64,000 nt of DNA. It comes from Vicugna vicugna. Its lineage: Eukaryota. The stretch spans positions 1,316,960 to 1,380,959 of the forward strand of contig MU059403.1 of NCBI GenBank assembly GCA_013265495.1. The letters are read 5' to 3'. A program made the position numbers and the translations under genes. Position 1 is the stretch's first letter. Every line of letters begins with the position of its first letter. The notes under the pieces were generated by a model that searched no databases, was not told the origin of the DNA, and saw nothing but the letters and a program-made list of their open reading frames with translations. Positions 1 through 11,355 of the stretch are shown piece after piece.

Positions 1-1655
1 CCCCTCTGATGGCCTTGAACCCGACAAGCCCTGTGCTGCCTCCGAGCCTCAGCACGTGCCCTTCCCCGACCCAGGCGCTCTTCCACCCGCACATGCTCAC
101 CTGCTCGTCCTCCGCGCTCAGCGTACGCGCCGCGGCCTCAGAAGGGCCTTTCCTGGTGTCCGTCCAACGGGGGCCGCTGTCTCACTGGTCTCGCCACATC
201 TGTGTCCTTCTTCGTGGTCCTTAGTGGCACTCTCTGTCGTTCTCTGTCACTTATTTGTTGAAACTGTTGGCATCGCTGGGCTGTGCTTGGCCGGGCGGGT
301 GTGTGTCCTTCTGTTCGCCCTGAGACTCGGTTCTGGATGCGGCACAGACGTCTCTCCCCACGTATCTGTCGTGTGAGCGACCAAAGGGTGACACACGCAC
401 TTCTAGCTTGTTTGTTTGGGGGCAGGTTACCCTCAGAGACTGACTGCTTTTGCCAGCAATTTACTTAACCCAGGCTCACTGGGAACGGAAGTAATTCCGT
501 AAGTCAATAGCATGCAAGGTAACGTTGCTTAAAAACCCAGGAAAGAAGGGACACCTTCCAAACAAGTGAGGCGACTCACACGTCGTTCCAGGCACGCGGA
601 CGTGAAAGAGGGGAAGTGCAGGTTCAGTCGCGGGGAGCCTTCCTGGGAGGTGGTCCTCAGGAGAGGCAGCCTGGCCAACCATGCACTGGTGCCCAGCTGC
701 CACCAAACCGGAGTCCTCGTGGCTGCAGCTGTGGCCAGAGCCTGTGGCTGGATCGACGTCTTCCCTGTGGTGGGAGATAGTGCCCCGGGACTGCGGCTCC
801 CGGGAGAGCTGCCTGTGCGTGACAGGGCTCCGGGGAGGAATGGACTCCAGGTCAGTGACGCCCCAGAGAGTCAGCCCCCTGGGGGACTACCACACTGGGG
901 CACAGGCACGGCCTCCCGTGGTCGTCAGAGGGGGCCGTCCCAGTCGGTCATGGCAGCCGTGTGCCACGATCCATGACCTGGCCACTCACCCTACCACACC
1001 CAAGAGGCCAAAGCCACTGTGACTGGTGTCTGTCCCCATTTGTTCCCCTGAAACTGTCTGCTGTGGTAGCCAAGGACCCCCAGGGACACGTCCGGTGGGT
1101 CACTTGAAATCAGGACGTAAGTGACCCCTCACTTAAGACTGCACACACCGCCTCACTCACGCCTTCTTAAACTTCCCCTCCGGCCTCAGTGATTTCATCT
1201 GCTCCCTCTTGTTGAGTTTGCGTTTTGGAAATACTTTTAAGGCTGTGATGTCAGGAGTAAGCCAGGCGTGCCTGAGGCTGGGGGCGCAGAGACCCGCTGG
1301 CGGATGGCTGGGGCCGCTCCACTGGCTTGCGCGCTGACAAGGCCCCTGGCAGGCAAGGTGGCCGGTGTGGAGGGGGCACCAGGCAGAGACACTCCAGGGA
1401 AAAGGCTGAGTTGAAAATCGATTGCAGCCAAGGCTAACGATTCCTAGAGCACTGACCTCTGATCGTGAGACGGCGGAGGCTCACCTCGCAGGTGATTCAG
1501 CATAGAGCACCAGGCGGCCCTGCAGCGTCCGAGTGCAGCCGCATCCTCTCCCCCAGCTGCCCAGGACCCGGCTGGCTTTCTGCGGCGAGTAACTGACTAA
1601 CAGCCGCAGCCTCAGAACAAGCCGGTGAGGACTCCACGGCCCGTGCCTTTAAAAC

Positions 1656-2081
1656 TGCCACCTGAAGACAAGCGTACAGCCTCCAAGTTGCAAGTTACGC
1701 TTTATTCGGGGGCCTTACTGCGGACTCGAGCCCAGGAGACAGCCTCTCGGGAGGGGCTGCTCTGGGGAGGCGAGGTGCGTGGGGTGGGTACGTAGTTTTA
1801 CTGAAAAAAATGTAGTCGAACATCAAAAACTTACTGCTGATCACAAAAACAGCATCTCAAGTTAACAATTTTAGTGCTTTTCTGTGTATGGGGAGACGCA
1901 AGAGTCTCAGCTCGCTGACATCACTGCGTTCTGCGCACCTGGACGTTTAGGGCCAGTGTCCTCCTCTTTCTCCATCCTGAGTCCCCGCGGGGGCACGGCC
2001 CGGGGCTGCAGTGGCTGACACCTTGAAGGCAGGCAGCGTTCGTTCTTTACTAGAATGGCAGGCAACAGTTTTTTGTCCACA
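1656..2081 (-). mobile_element. ERV1-class solo LTR (Cetartiodactyla family)
   Basis: TG...CA termini, 4-bp target duplication AAAC/AAAC, polyA signal on the minus strand (tttatt near 1700). Clearly homologous to 3964-4452. Confidence 0.75.
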
Positions 2082-2856
2082 AAACCCAGATACGCCAGTT
2101 TTGGGACATGTATTTATTTTGCAGAGAGAGATGTCAGGCAGGTGACGACGGGGCAGTTACGACTGTGGAGCAGCCAGGCGTCTGCAGGCTGCGCGGCGCT
2201 GCGGCCGCGTGGCGTGGAGATCCTCCTCTGCCCGGGGCTCTGCTTCACGATTGGCATTTTGTTTGGAATTGGAGCCGCTCAGATTTCTTTCCCTTTGCTT
2301 GGTGAAACCCAGGTGCATTTCTTGCTGAAATTTCCTTTGCTTCTCTTAGCATAGGATGTCGCTGAAGAAATAGTTTAGCAAGATCAAACGTTGATGCTTT
2401 TGAAAAAGAAACCTTTAGTTCCACCAGTTATAATTACACCGGTGTCCGAGTTGGAGCCCTTTTGCCTTATGAACATCTGAGCCGTCCTGGGAAGGTCAGG
2501 CCACCCGGGCTGCCTGGCCGGGTAACTTACAGGTGGGACCTCTGTGTTTCTCTGCTGGTCTGACTTGTTGGTCAGGGCTTGGCAGACTCTCCCTCTGAAG
2601 GGCCGGGGAGTGAACTCCGTGGTTTTTGGGGCCGTATGGTGTCTGTCTCAGTGACTCGGCAAAGCTGTTGACTGAACCCCACAGGCAGTCTGTGCGCGCG
2701 GTGGGGCTGTGTCCCAGCAAAGCTCGTTACAGAGGAGGTGGCCGCCGGACTGGCCCGGGGCTGTGCTCCGCCAGCCGCTGCTCAGTGTTATGAATGCAGC
2801 CCTGGCACAGAATGACCATTTTTTTGTTTGTTTGTTTGTTTACTCTTTTTTACTAG

Positions 2857-2924
2857 GAAACCATCCTGGTGGAATGCAGTCGGCCTGGTCGCCCTTTGAT
2901 TAATAAGACATACACCTTTGAAAG
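2857..2924 (+). CDS. KIF25: KIF25 internal coding exon (ETILVECSRPGRPLINKTYTFE-R), N-terminal part of the motor domain
   Basis: Acceptor tactcttttttactag|GAA and donor GAAAG|gtgagt. 68 nt, phase 0 to phase 2. The peptide matches the kinesin-14 'KTY.FERV' segment. Earlier exons were not found and probably lie upstream of the window. Confidence 0.85.
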
Positions 2925-3189
2925 GTGAGTGCCTTTCACGGTGGCAGGTGAGGCAAAGTAACGCAAATGTAAGCGCTGTGTCAGGGTTCGGCTGGTCAGA
3001 GGTACACGTTGTCCTGTCATTTTGGCCAATCGCAAAGGGGCAGAGGCAGTTTGGTGGAGAAAGGACAGTGTTTCAGCAAGTGGTGCTGGAGCAGTCGGAC
3101 GTCCAGAGGCAAAAGTGGAGTGAAGGGTCACCCACATGTCATGCCTTTTGCAAAAATTAACTGAGATGAAAACTAGACCTAATGTGAAG

Positions 3190-3900
3190 TCTCACGCCAT
3201 TTCATTTTTAGAAGCTGATGCAGAAGAAAGTCTTTGTGACCTTGGGTTAAGCACAGAATTCTGAGAAACACCACCAAAAGCATAATCCATGAAAGAATCA
3301 AAATGAAAAGCCCTCGTTTTGTTTATGGTATTACCTGGAGTATGAGAAGACGAGCCACACACAGGAAGGAGTGTTTGGAAGTCACACGGTTTATGAAGGA
3401 CCGGACCCAGAGGATACGGAGCTCTCCTGAAAACAAGGGCATGAAGCACCACAAGTCCCTGCACCGACGCCGGGGCAGAGAGCGAGGCCGAGATGGTGGC
3501 TGTTTGGGAAACTTCGGGAAATGCCCCTGAGAGCACAAGATGCAGCTACACGTGTAGCAGAGTGGCTGAAAAACCCCAAAGCGGACGGGCCGAGTGCGCC
3601 CGCCCTTCAGGCGGTGCGGTGAACACAGACCGCCTGCCCGGCAGCCCCCCCCCACCCCGGGTGTTTCCCCAGCACGCTCACGCCGCCTCCCGTGTAACTG
3701 GCAAAAACTGGGAGCAACGCAAGTGTCCTTCAGTGGGAGGGTGTCTGGGGGCTGCAGCCTGCAGGGAGGACGGACTGTGGCCTCAGGCAAAGGAAGCCAG
3801 ACCTGAAGTTCATTCGGATTCGTCCCTTTACAGAAATTTTGGAAAAGACAAAACTCTAGCAGCTACCAGCGGTGGGGCTGGGAGGGGGTGGTCTGCAAGG
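3190..3900 (+). mobile_element. Degenerate LINE-1 3' fragments
   Basis: Recognisable L1 blocks: caccaaaagcataatccatgaaagaa, ggcaaaaactgggagcaacgcaagtgtccttcagtggg, tttacagaaattttggaaaagacaaaact. Boundaries approximate. Confidence 0.55.
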
Positions 3901-3963
3901 AGGCTGCACGAAGGAATTCTGGGTGAGGACGGAGCGCCAGCAAGAAGACTGAGCCCTAAGTAC

Positions 3964-4452
3964 TGTCACGGAAATAAAGGGCACACCTAGAAGCTGAGAG
4001 CTGTTTTATTTGGTGGGCCTCCTGGGGACTCGAGCCCAGGACACAGCCTCTCGTGGTAGAGACAGTTCTGCCCAGCAAGGGAGGGGCCAGGATATATAGG
4101 AGTTTCTGGCAACAAAGGCCAGGTAGTTGGAACATCAAAAGATTAGTGTTAATGATAGAAGTCCAGACATCTCAGGTTAAGGGATTTAGCACTTTTCTGT
4201 GTGTGGGAAGGTGCAAAGGTCTGGGCCCCTGAAATCACTCCTTTGACGTGCACCTGGCCGTCCAGGGCCAGCGCCCTGTTCTTCCCCATCCTGAGCCCCC
4301 TCAGGGAGCACCGCTGGGGCCACCACAGAGCCGGGCTGCCTGCTGGTCTGCATGCTGAGTTCCCTCTGCTCGCGGTTGGGGGCGACGGTCGCCGCTGATG
4401 ATGTGACGGCCGCAGCGTCCTTGTTGACTGGCGTGGCTTGTTTTTGTTCACA
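3964..4452 (-). mobile_element. ERV1-class solo LTR, same family as 1656-2081
   Basis: TGTCAC...TTCACA termini with flanks GTAC/GAAC (3 of 4 match). TATATA at 4093-4098 and minus-strand AATAAA at 4005-4010. Shares the ggactcgagcccagga.acagcctctc and gaacatcaaaa blocks with the first copy. Confidence 0.75.
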
Positions 4453-4559
4453 GAACCTTTTAAAATACCTTGCATTTTTCAAAGAGACTTTAAGATACCT
4501 ATCAGTCAGTTGTGATATGTGGACCCTGATTCAATCAGACAAACTGCTAAACCATTTTT

Positions 4560-4720
4560 AAAAAGCCAGTGCTGGAGTCATTCTAGTAACATCAAAGTAG
4601 ATTTCAGATTAATAACGTTACCAAGGAGCAAGAGGGTCGCATCCTAACAGCCCGGGGACCAGTATTAAGAGTAGTAACAGCCCAGAGGGAATCACAGAGC
4701 TTCAGCGCACATGGAACAAG
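4560..4720 (+). mobile_element. LINE-1 ORF2 endonuclease-region remnant
   Basis: acatcaaagtagatttcagattaataacgttaccaaggagcaagagggtc resembles the L1 ORF2 5' consensus. Confidence 0.5.
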
Positions 4721-5099
4721 TGCTGACTGGGCCCAGGAGACAAGCGAACAAACCCCCAGCCGTAGTCGGAGGTGGGAGCCCTCCTCTCTCAGCAACTGAC
4801 GGACGAGAGCGCGGGAGCCAGTAAGGACACGTGTGCTCAGCAGGCAGGCTCGACTCACGCTGAGAGGTCACCAGCCCCTCCGACGTGGCGAGGGGCCCGC
4901 GGGTGACCCCCATGTCTTGCGTGCTGTCTGGGCAGAGCCCTCGGGCCTTTAGGTCGGAAGAGAGACGGCGTCTCCACGCGGCCGCCCGGCTGGGTGAGGC
5001 TCCGCGTCTTCTCACGCGGTGGGGCCAGCTCCGCGCACCTCCAGCTGTTTTTCTGTAACAGCGTGGAAAGCACTTCTCATGCAAGGACTAGGTAAGAAA

Positions 5100-6360
5100 C
5101 TCGAGGACGTGCACGCCGCGCTCTGTGTACTGTGCTCATTTTTTCTTCTCCATTTTGGGGGCACTTTGTGTGCTGGGGTAGCAACCTTTTGTCCGTGATG
5201 TAAGCTGCAGCTACTTTTCCCAGGTTGTCATCTGTGGTTTTTTCTTTGCTTGTGATATCTTTTAGCCGTGCAAAAAAAAGTTCTTTTCCCTTTAACACAG
5301 TCATAGTTAGCAAGGCTACCAGGTGGTAGGTGCATGTAGCCACGTGTGTCAGTGCTCCGTGGATTGATTTTTCACAGGAGCCAAATCTCATGACCCGTTT
5401 GGAGTGTGTCCTTGAGTACAGGCTGAGGAAGGCACCCAGCTTTATTTTTCCCCCAAATCTGTCCAGTTACCTCAACCCCACTTGTTAAAACATGTCTTTT
5501 CCCCACTAATCTGGGGAGCCCCCTTTCTCGTGAGGGCTTCGCCGCGTGCACGCCTATCAGTTTCCGGTTCTCTCTCCTGCCCGTGGCCGGTCCGTCCGCC
5601 CACGTGTCCTGGCCACGCTGCCCCTGCACCGGCCTCGCAGCTGCCTGAGACCCACCCTGCTGCCCTTTCCCCCAGGGGCTTCCTCTGTGCTCTGCTCCTT
5701 TGTTTTGCTAAGTACATTTTAAAATCAAATTGTCTAGCACCAGAAAGATACTGATAGTATATGCGGTATTTTAGGGGAGGATTCAGGTCAGTTTATAAAC
5801 TACCTTTGGAAAAACTGTCACTTCACAGAGCTGAGTCTTCGTATCCAAGAACACAGTACTGCCTGTCTTTTCACTTACTCATTTAATTCTACGTCTTTCA
5901 GGGTTTTTTCCCCTGGTTTTCTTCATAAAGGATTTAGACACTTTTTTCCCTAGCAGGTGGAGGACCTGTTCCCCATCTCATTGGTGAACTCATTTTGTTT
6001 GCATGTGAAAGCTGCTGATTTTGTACGTGAATTTTGCATCCTGCTACTTGACTAAATTCTCCTATTGGTTTCGTAGTTTCCTTCATATTTGGTTTTGGAC
6101 TGCCCCGAGGCCCGGCCATATGACCTCCAAGTAGCCAGTCGGACCTTCTGTTCTGTGACTTTCACGTCACCGTGTTGGCTAATGGTGACTCCACACGATG
6201 TGGAGCAGCGCGGCAGGTGGCAGGACTTGGATCTTTTCCTTCATGTTGAGAAAGGCTTCGGTGTCTCTTTAAGTAAGATGTTCACGAAGCCTGGAATATT
6301 TACTGCTCAGAAGTTTGCTGTCCCTGTGTGTCTCATACATTCATTCAGCTGTGATGATTT
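5100..6360 (-). mobile_element. Old LINE-1 fragment (antisense)
   Basis: T-rich antisense L1 blocks, e.g. ccagctttattttttccccc...ccagttacctcaacccacttgtt and ttttgtacgtgaattttgcatcctgctacttgactaaattct. Confidence 0.65.
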
Positions 6361-7235
6361 TTAAAAGCTGATGGGAAGAATAAGCGCATTGGAGAACAGG
6401 AGAGACGCGGGCCCTCCCCTCTCCTGGATGATGCTAAGGAAGTGCTGTTCATTTTTCCAAGTGTGACAGTGGTAACCTGGTGATGATTTTTACAAGAGTC
6501 ACATCCTTTAGAGATATGTAGCAGACATTCACGGATGACCTGGGCGTGAGGTCGGTTCCAGGGCTTCCGGGTGAGGTCAGGAGGTGGTGGCCGATTACAG
6601 GAGCCGGTGGTGCACAGCTGGACTCATTCACTGTCCTTCCTGCTTTGGTATTTTGGTGGGACTTTTTGGGTGAAAAGTTACAGTATTTAAGAGCTCAGCT
6701 CCATCCCACTTGCTCTAAATGCCCTCTAGCCGCGTGTGGAGCAGCGTTTTGTAAGGAAAGCCCAGAGGCTTGATGTCAGTCCTGCTTCTAGAGATGAGCT
6801 GGATCTCCGGGCTGTCAGGACACATTTTGAAGATGACAGGAGAGAAAAATTCGGTTCCAGCTGAACAAAAACCTGCAATTCAGAAAGCTGAGCTTGAATC
6901 AAAGCACATTCAACTGGAACGTGACTAACCACCAGCTTTGTCAGAGCTGGGCAGCGTGGCCCGGCCCCGGCCCCGGCCCCCCAGTGGAGGCCCAGTCTCG
7001 CTTCCCGCCGTGCCGTGACCTGCAGCTTCTGGACGTTACTTCCCACTTGGGTTCATGTACGTGTTTGTAAGCACAGACCGCGCCGGGGGCCCCTCCCAGA
7101 GCCGGCATTCCCGTCCCGTGATGCGTGCTAGTGTTCAGCCAGCCAGCCTGGGGTCTGGGAGAGTGGTATTCTTAGGAGCGTAAGCATAACAGGTAAGTGT
7201 CACGTATCAAACGTTGCCTGAGTGTGATTTCCGCG

Positions 7236-7774
7236 TCGTTGTTGTTGGACCCGCTGAGCGGCGTTAACTCCGTTATGGGCTAATTACATGGTGCCTTTTG
7301 TTCCTCCTTTTCTTGCTTTTTCTTTCTGCTTCGCAAGCATTTGTAACTTTGCTCGTGCTTGCTACATTCCTATAGCAGAGGGAACCATTTTTCACTCTTC
7401 CTTAACCTCCGTTAGCTTGAAAAGTAATAAATTAATCTTTCTTTGTTCAAGAAACATGAATCTTGACTGTACCGGGAGGTTCACATGAGAAACACGTAAG
7501 GAATGCATCGTTGTTGTTGGACCCCCTGAGTGGTGTTAACTCCGTTATGGGCTAATTACATGGTGCCTTTTGTTCCTCCTTTTCTTGCTTTTTCTTTCTG
7601 CTTCGCAAGCATTTGTAACTTTGCTCGTGCTTGCTACATTCCTATAGCAGAGGAAACCACTTTTCACTCTTCCTTAACCTCCGTCAGCTTGAAAAGTAAT
7701 AAATTAATCCTTCTTTGTCCAAAAAACATGAATCTTGACTGTACCGGGAGGTTCACATGAGAAACACGTAAGGA
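7236..7774. repeat. Tandem duplication, two copies of about 267 bp, period 272
   Basis: tcgttgttgttggaccc...gaaacacgtaagga occurs at 7236-7502 and 7508-7774, with about 10 substitutions between copies. Confidence 0.92.
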
Positions 7775-7914
7775 CGCTTTTTCTCAAGTAAATGTCATTT
7801 CACTTGAGCTGCAGGCTGAGAGGTTGGCATCCGCGTCTGAGCGTCTGCTGTGAGTGTGGAGCAGGCCCGTGGCCTGGGGTGGCTGAGGGCCCGTGGCGGG
7901 GAAGGAGAGGAGGA

Positions 7915-8309
7915 NNNNNNNNNNNNNNNNNNNNNNNNNNNNNNNNNNNNNNNNNNNNNNNNNNNNNNNNNNNNNNNNNNNNNNNNNNNNNNNNNNNNNN
8001 NNNNNNNNNNNNNNNNNNNNNNNNNNNNNNNNNNNNNNNNNNNNNNNNNNNNNNNNNNNNNNNNNNNNNNNNNNNNNNNNNNNNNNNNNNNNNNNNNNNN
8101 NNNNNNNNNNNNNNNNNNNNNNNNNNNNNNNNNNNNNNNNNNNNNNNNNNNNNNNNNNNNNNNNNNNNNNNNNNNNNNNNNNNNNNNNNNNNNNNNNNNN
8201 NNNNNNNNNNNNNNNNNNNNNNNNNNNNNNNNNNNNNNNNNNNNNNNNNNNNNNNNNNNNNNNNNNNNNNNNNNNNNNNNNNNNNNNNNNNNNNNNNNNN
8301 NNNNNNNNN
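7915..8309. other. Assembly gap (395 N)
   Basis: Run of N. Confidence 1.
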
Positions 8310-9916
8310 TGACCCCAGAGGTCGGGTCAGCAGGGGGCGCGCGTCGCTCTCTGCACACACCCACATGCCCACCCCTGCCCCCGCCGGCTACGATCAAGTC
8401 TCTGCCTCAACTCTGCTTCCAGGATACTGGGATTTTTATATCCACCCAAGAAAATTCTTCCAGTGGAAATGATAGGAGATTCTCTCTTTTTTTAAAGTAG
8501 GCATCTCTGCAGGAAGCAGATTCCAGAAATAAAAAGTGGCATCGTGGTTAAGATGATCGCTGCCCGAGCTGCTTTTCCACTACAAATACGAAACAGATGG
8601 CATTTTTTCAGTCCCGGCTGCCTTCTTCCTACACTCGGAGGTGGTTTGAAAGATCCCGGTAAAGGCTAATTTGTCCTCTGCAGTCAGACATCCCCCCCGG
8701 CCCCCGCCCACCAAATACCTCCACGTCTCAGGGAGGGCGTAAGAGCTGCATTGCTGGAGATTTTGTTATAAGTGCTCTGAGACCTTTTACTTCTGGAAGG
8801 AAAAGCATGCGGGGTGGTAGCTGAGGGGCCTGGATGGGTTTTTGCCCCCCATGTGGTTTCCATCTTCTTTTTGTTTGAATGGAACAGCCTACCTTGGGGT
8901 CAGGCCTCCTGGATCTCCGGGGCTTCTGTATCCTGCTCGAGGTGTGAACCCATCAGATACTGTCCAGGGCCATGTTGTCAGAGTGACACCCTGGTTTGAC
9001 CGGGGGACAGAGGTGGCGGTACCTGGGTTAAACAGTCTGATTAGAATCAGAATCTCCAAGGGCAGGGCCTGTGCTTGGATCTTAATCTCCCAGGTGGCAG
9101 TAAGAGGGGATGGTTGGGCTCAGCCTCAGCCGCCCGTGGGCCAGGCTCACCTGCACCTTCACGGCCAAGATTATCAGTGTATGTTGTAAACCTCTTTCAA
9201 ATACTCCTCAATGTTCTGCATCTTCTCACTGACGTTTTGGACTAAATAGCACAACTGGGGAAAATTCAGGGACCCTCCAGGGTCCTTGTCTTCTGTGAAG
9301 TGAGTTGCACTAAAATAACCCCAAACTGTGGGACCGCAGGGGGCTGGGGGGCTGGGGGGGCGTCCGCACAGTCTGGCTGAAATGAACACCCCGAGCCCTT
9401 GGAGAAACAGAGTGAGAGAACGCGCTACAGCCTTAAGCGTGTCCTGGTCGGCAGTGCCAGCGATCATAAACGTGATGGGGAGGCGGTTTCCAAACAGCGA
9501 GAGAAAATACGGGCACTGTTTTGTCATTTCACACACGCTCTACTTAGCCTGATGGTCTGAAGAGGAACTCCCTTCAGGCAACCCCGACACCAAGCGAGTG
9601 TTGGGATGAGTGGGATCTAGGAGCCTGGCTCAGGCTGGGGTCCCAGCAGGGTCGCCCCCGAGGGGCGGGGGGACAGCGAGGAGAAGTGGGCGTCACTGAG
9701 CCGCGCGCGTGTGTAAACGTGGATGTGGCTTAATCCAGCGTGTGACCGAACAGCGCGGGTGGACTGTGCAGAAGCAGCGGTAGTCGCCGACGGCTGGTTT
9801 CCAGGGCCTCGAAGTGGAGTGCGTTAAGGCTTCTCACCCCAGGGAACGGTCTCTCAGCACCAGGCGCGGCGCCAGACCTGCGTGTTCTCTGCACTGAAGT
9901 CTGGCTTGGATTTCAG

Positions 9917-10066
9917 GTACGACGTGTGCATCATGGCCTACGGGCAGACGGGGAGCGGGAAGAGCTTCACCATGCTGGGCCCGCGTCCCGAGCAGGACCC
10001 GGCCCTGCCGTCAGGACCCCACGGTCACCTAGGAATCATCCCCAGAGCCGCTGGAGAAGTCTTCAG
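9917..10066 (+). CDS. KIF25: KIF25 coding exon containing the P-loop (YDVCIMAYGQTGSGKSFTMLG...LGIIPRAAGEVF)
   Basis: tttcag|G acceptor and TTCAG|gtaccg donor. 150 nt, phase 2 to 2. Contains the kinesin Walker A motif GQTGSGKS. Confidence 0.96.
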
Positions 10067-10574
10067 GTACCGAGGCGGGGCAGTGGGGGAGCCTGGCGTC
10101 GGTGGGCGCCTCTTCCCTGGGGCGGGATTTTGGGGTTTTGCGCTGAGTGTGTAGTATCTTTGTTTTCAAACTGGTCTACAGTCTGCATGTTGTATTTTAA
10201 AACTTGAAGCAAAATAAGACATGTAGTTGTTTTCCTGAGAGCCCGGGTGGGTTTTAAAGAGGTCATGGTCAGGCTTTAGTCGGAAGGCGTTATTCGGATG
10301 GAATTGACTCAGTCCTCCCTAAAACGGAACAAGTTTTAAAACAAACAAGCGCGGTTACTGGGACGGCTCTCAGGGTCTTTGCGGTCCGCTCTGGGCTTCC
10401 GTGCGGGCATCGCGCTCGGCATGGTGACTTCTGAGTCACGGCTGTGCGGCCTCCAAGCCTCTTTACCCAGTACGTTTGGAATGAGAAGGGTACCGATGGC
10501 CGAAATCGTTGACTTAGACGTAACTCAGATAAAATAACTTTGTTCCCAGGACAGTGATTTACTCTGCAGTTTAA

Positions 10575-10806
10575 AGAGGATAGATGAGGAGTTTGGGATG
10601 AACAGATACGTATTACTGTGTACAAAACAGGTAGACAACAAGGACCTACCGGTAGCACAGGGAACTATATTCAGTTTCTTGTAATGAGCTGTAATGGAAA
10701 AGAATATGAAAAAGTATACGTATATATGAATGTGTATGTGTAAATGAATCGCTTTGCTGTACACCTGAAACTAACGTTGTAAGTCGACTACACTTCAGTT
10801 AAAAAG
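10575..10806 (+). mobile_element. LINE-1 3' UTR/terminus, Cetartiodactyla type
   Basis: gagtttgggatgaacagatac...caacaaggacctac..tagcacagggaactatattcag...gctttgctgtacacctgaaactaac...cttcagttaaaaag is the typical artiodactyl L1 3' end. Confidence 0.85.
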
Positions 10807-11026
10807 TAAGAATTAAAACAAGCAACGAGGGTGCCCCTTCCTCCTGCAAGGCCTTGGTCAGTGAGATGCTGCCCGGTGCCGCTGGGCCACGAGTTCTGCT
10901 GAGCGTTTTCTAGCACTGCAGTCCCCTCGCGTTCAAAGCCAGTTGATTAACCACTTTCTCTGCGGGGTCATCTGAGCTCCCCTGGTGGCTGAGTCTCTTG
11001 TGTGTCCCTCCCCACCCCTCCTCCAG

Positions 11027-11203
11027 GCTTCTTGCAGAAAACCCCTCCAGGCGCCCGGAGGTGGACGTTTCCGTAGTGGAAGTTTATAATAACGACATTT
11101 GTGACCTTCTGGCCAAAGACAGCTGTGCTGTGGTGTCCAGGGCGAAGTGCCAGGTGCTGACAACCACGGAGGGAAGGAAGGAGGTCTCTGGGCTGACCCG
11201 AGA
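11027..11203 (+). CDS. KIF25: KIF25 coding exon (LLAENPSRRPEVDVSVVEVYNNDICDLL...)
   Basis: cctcctccag| acceptor and GA|gtgagt donor. 177 nt, phase 2 to 2. Contains the kinesin S..EVYN..I.DLL motif. Confidence 0.95.
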
Positions 11204-11355
11204 GTGAGTAGTCCAGTTGCCACGCTCCCGGGCAGCGGCACCTCCGGGGGCCCCAGGGAGCCGGCCGCCTGAGCCGGCGCTCCTCGAGAGGCGGCTCCTG
11301 GGGTCGCGCTGCGGAGTGTGCGCGTTGCAGCTTTCAGTTCGCTTTCTGCTGTGTG

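Noticed and set aside
1656-4452. The LTR pair as the two ends of one provirus
   Set aside because: Each LTR has its own target-site duplication, they differ in length and sequence, and the interval holds a host exon and L1 fragments, not gag/pol.
7080-7192. Possible extra KIF25 exon ending at the strong donor CAG|gtaagt (7193)
   Set aside because: No frame gives kinesin-like sequence. It could be a cryptic or poison exon, but nothing in the sequence supports that.
7792-8500. ORFs containing long X runs here and at 60226-60669
   Set aside because: Artefacts of translating through N gaps.
8763-8837. CTGGATGG|gt as the end of the missing KIF25 ...LLDG exon
   Set aside because: In-frame TGA just upstream, no VYGP/ESQ similarity, and a weak donor (gttttt).
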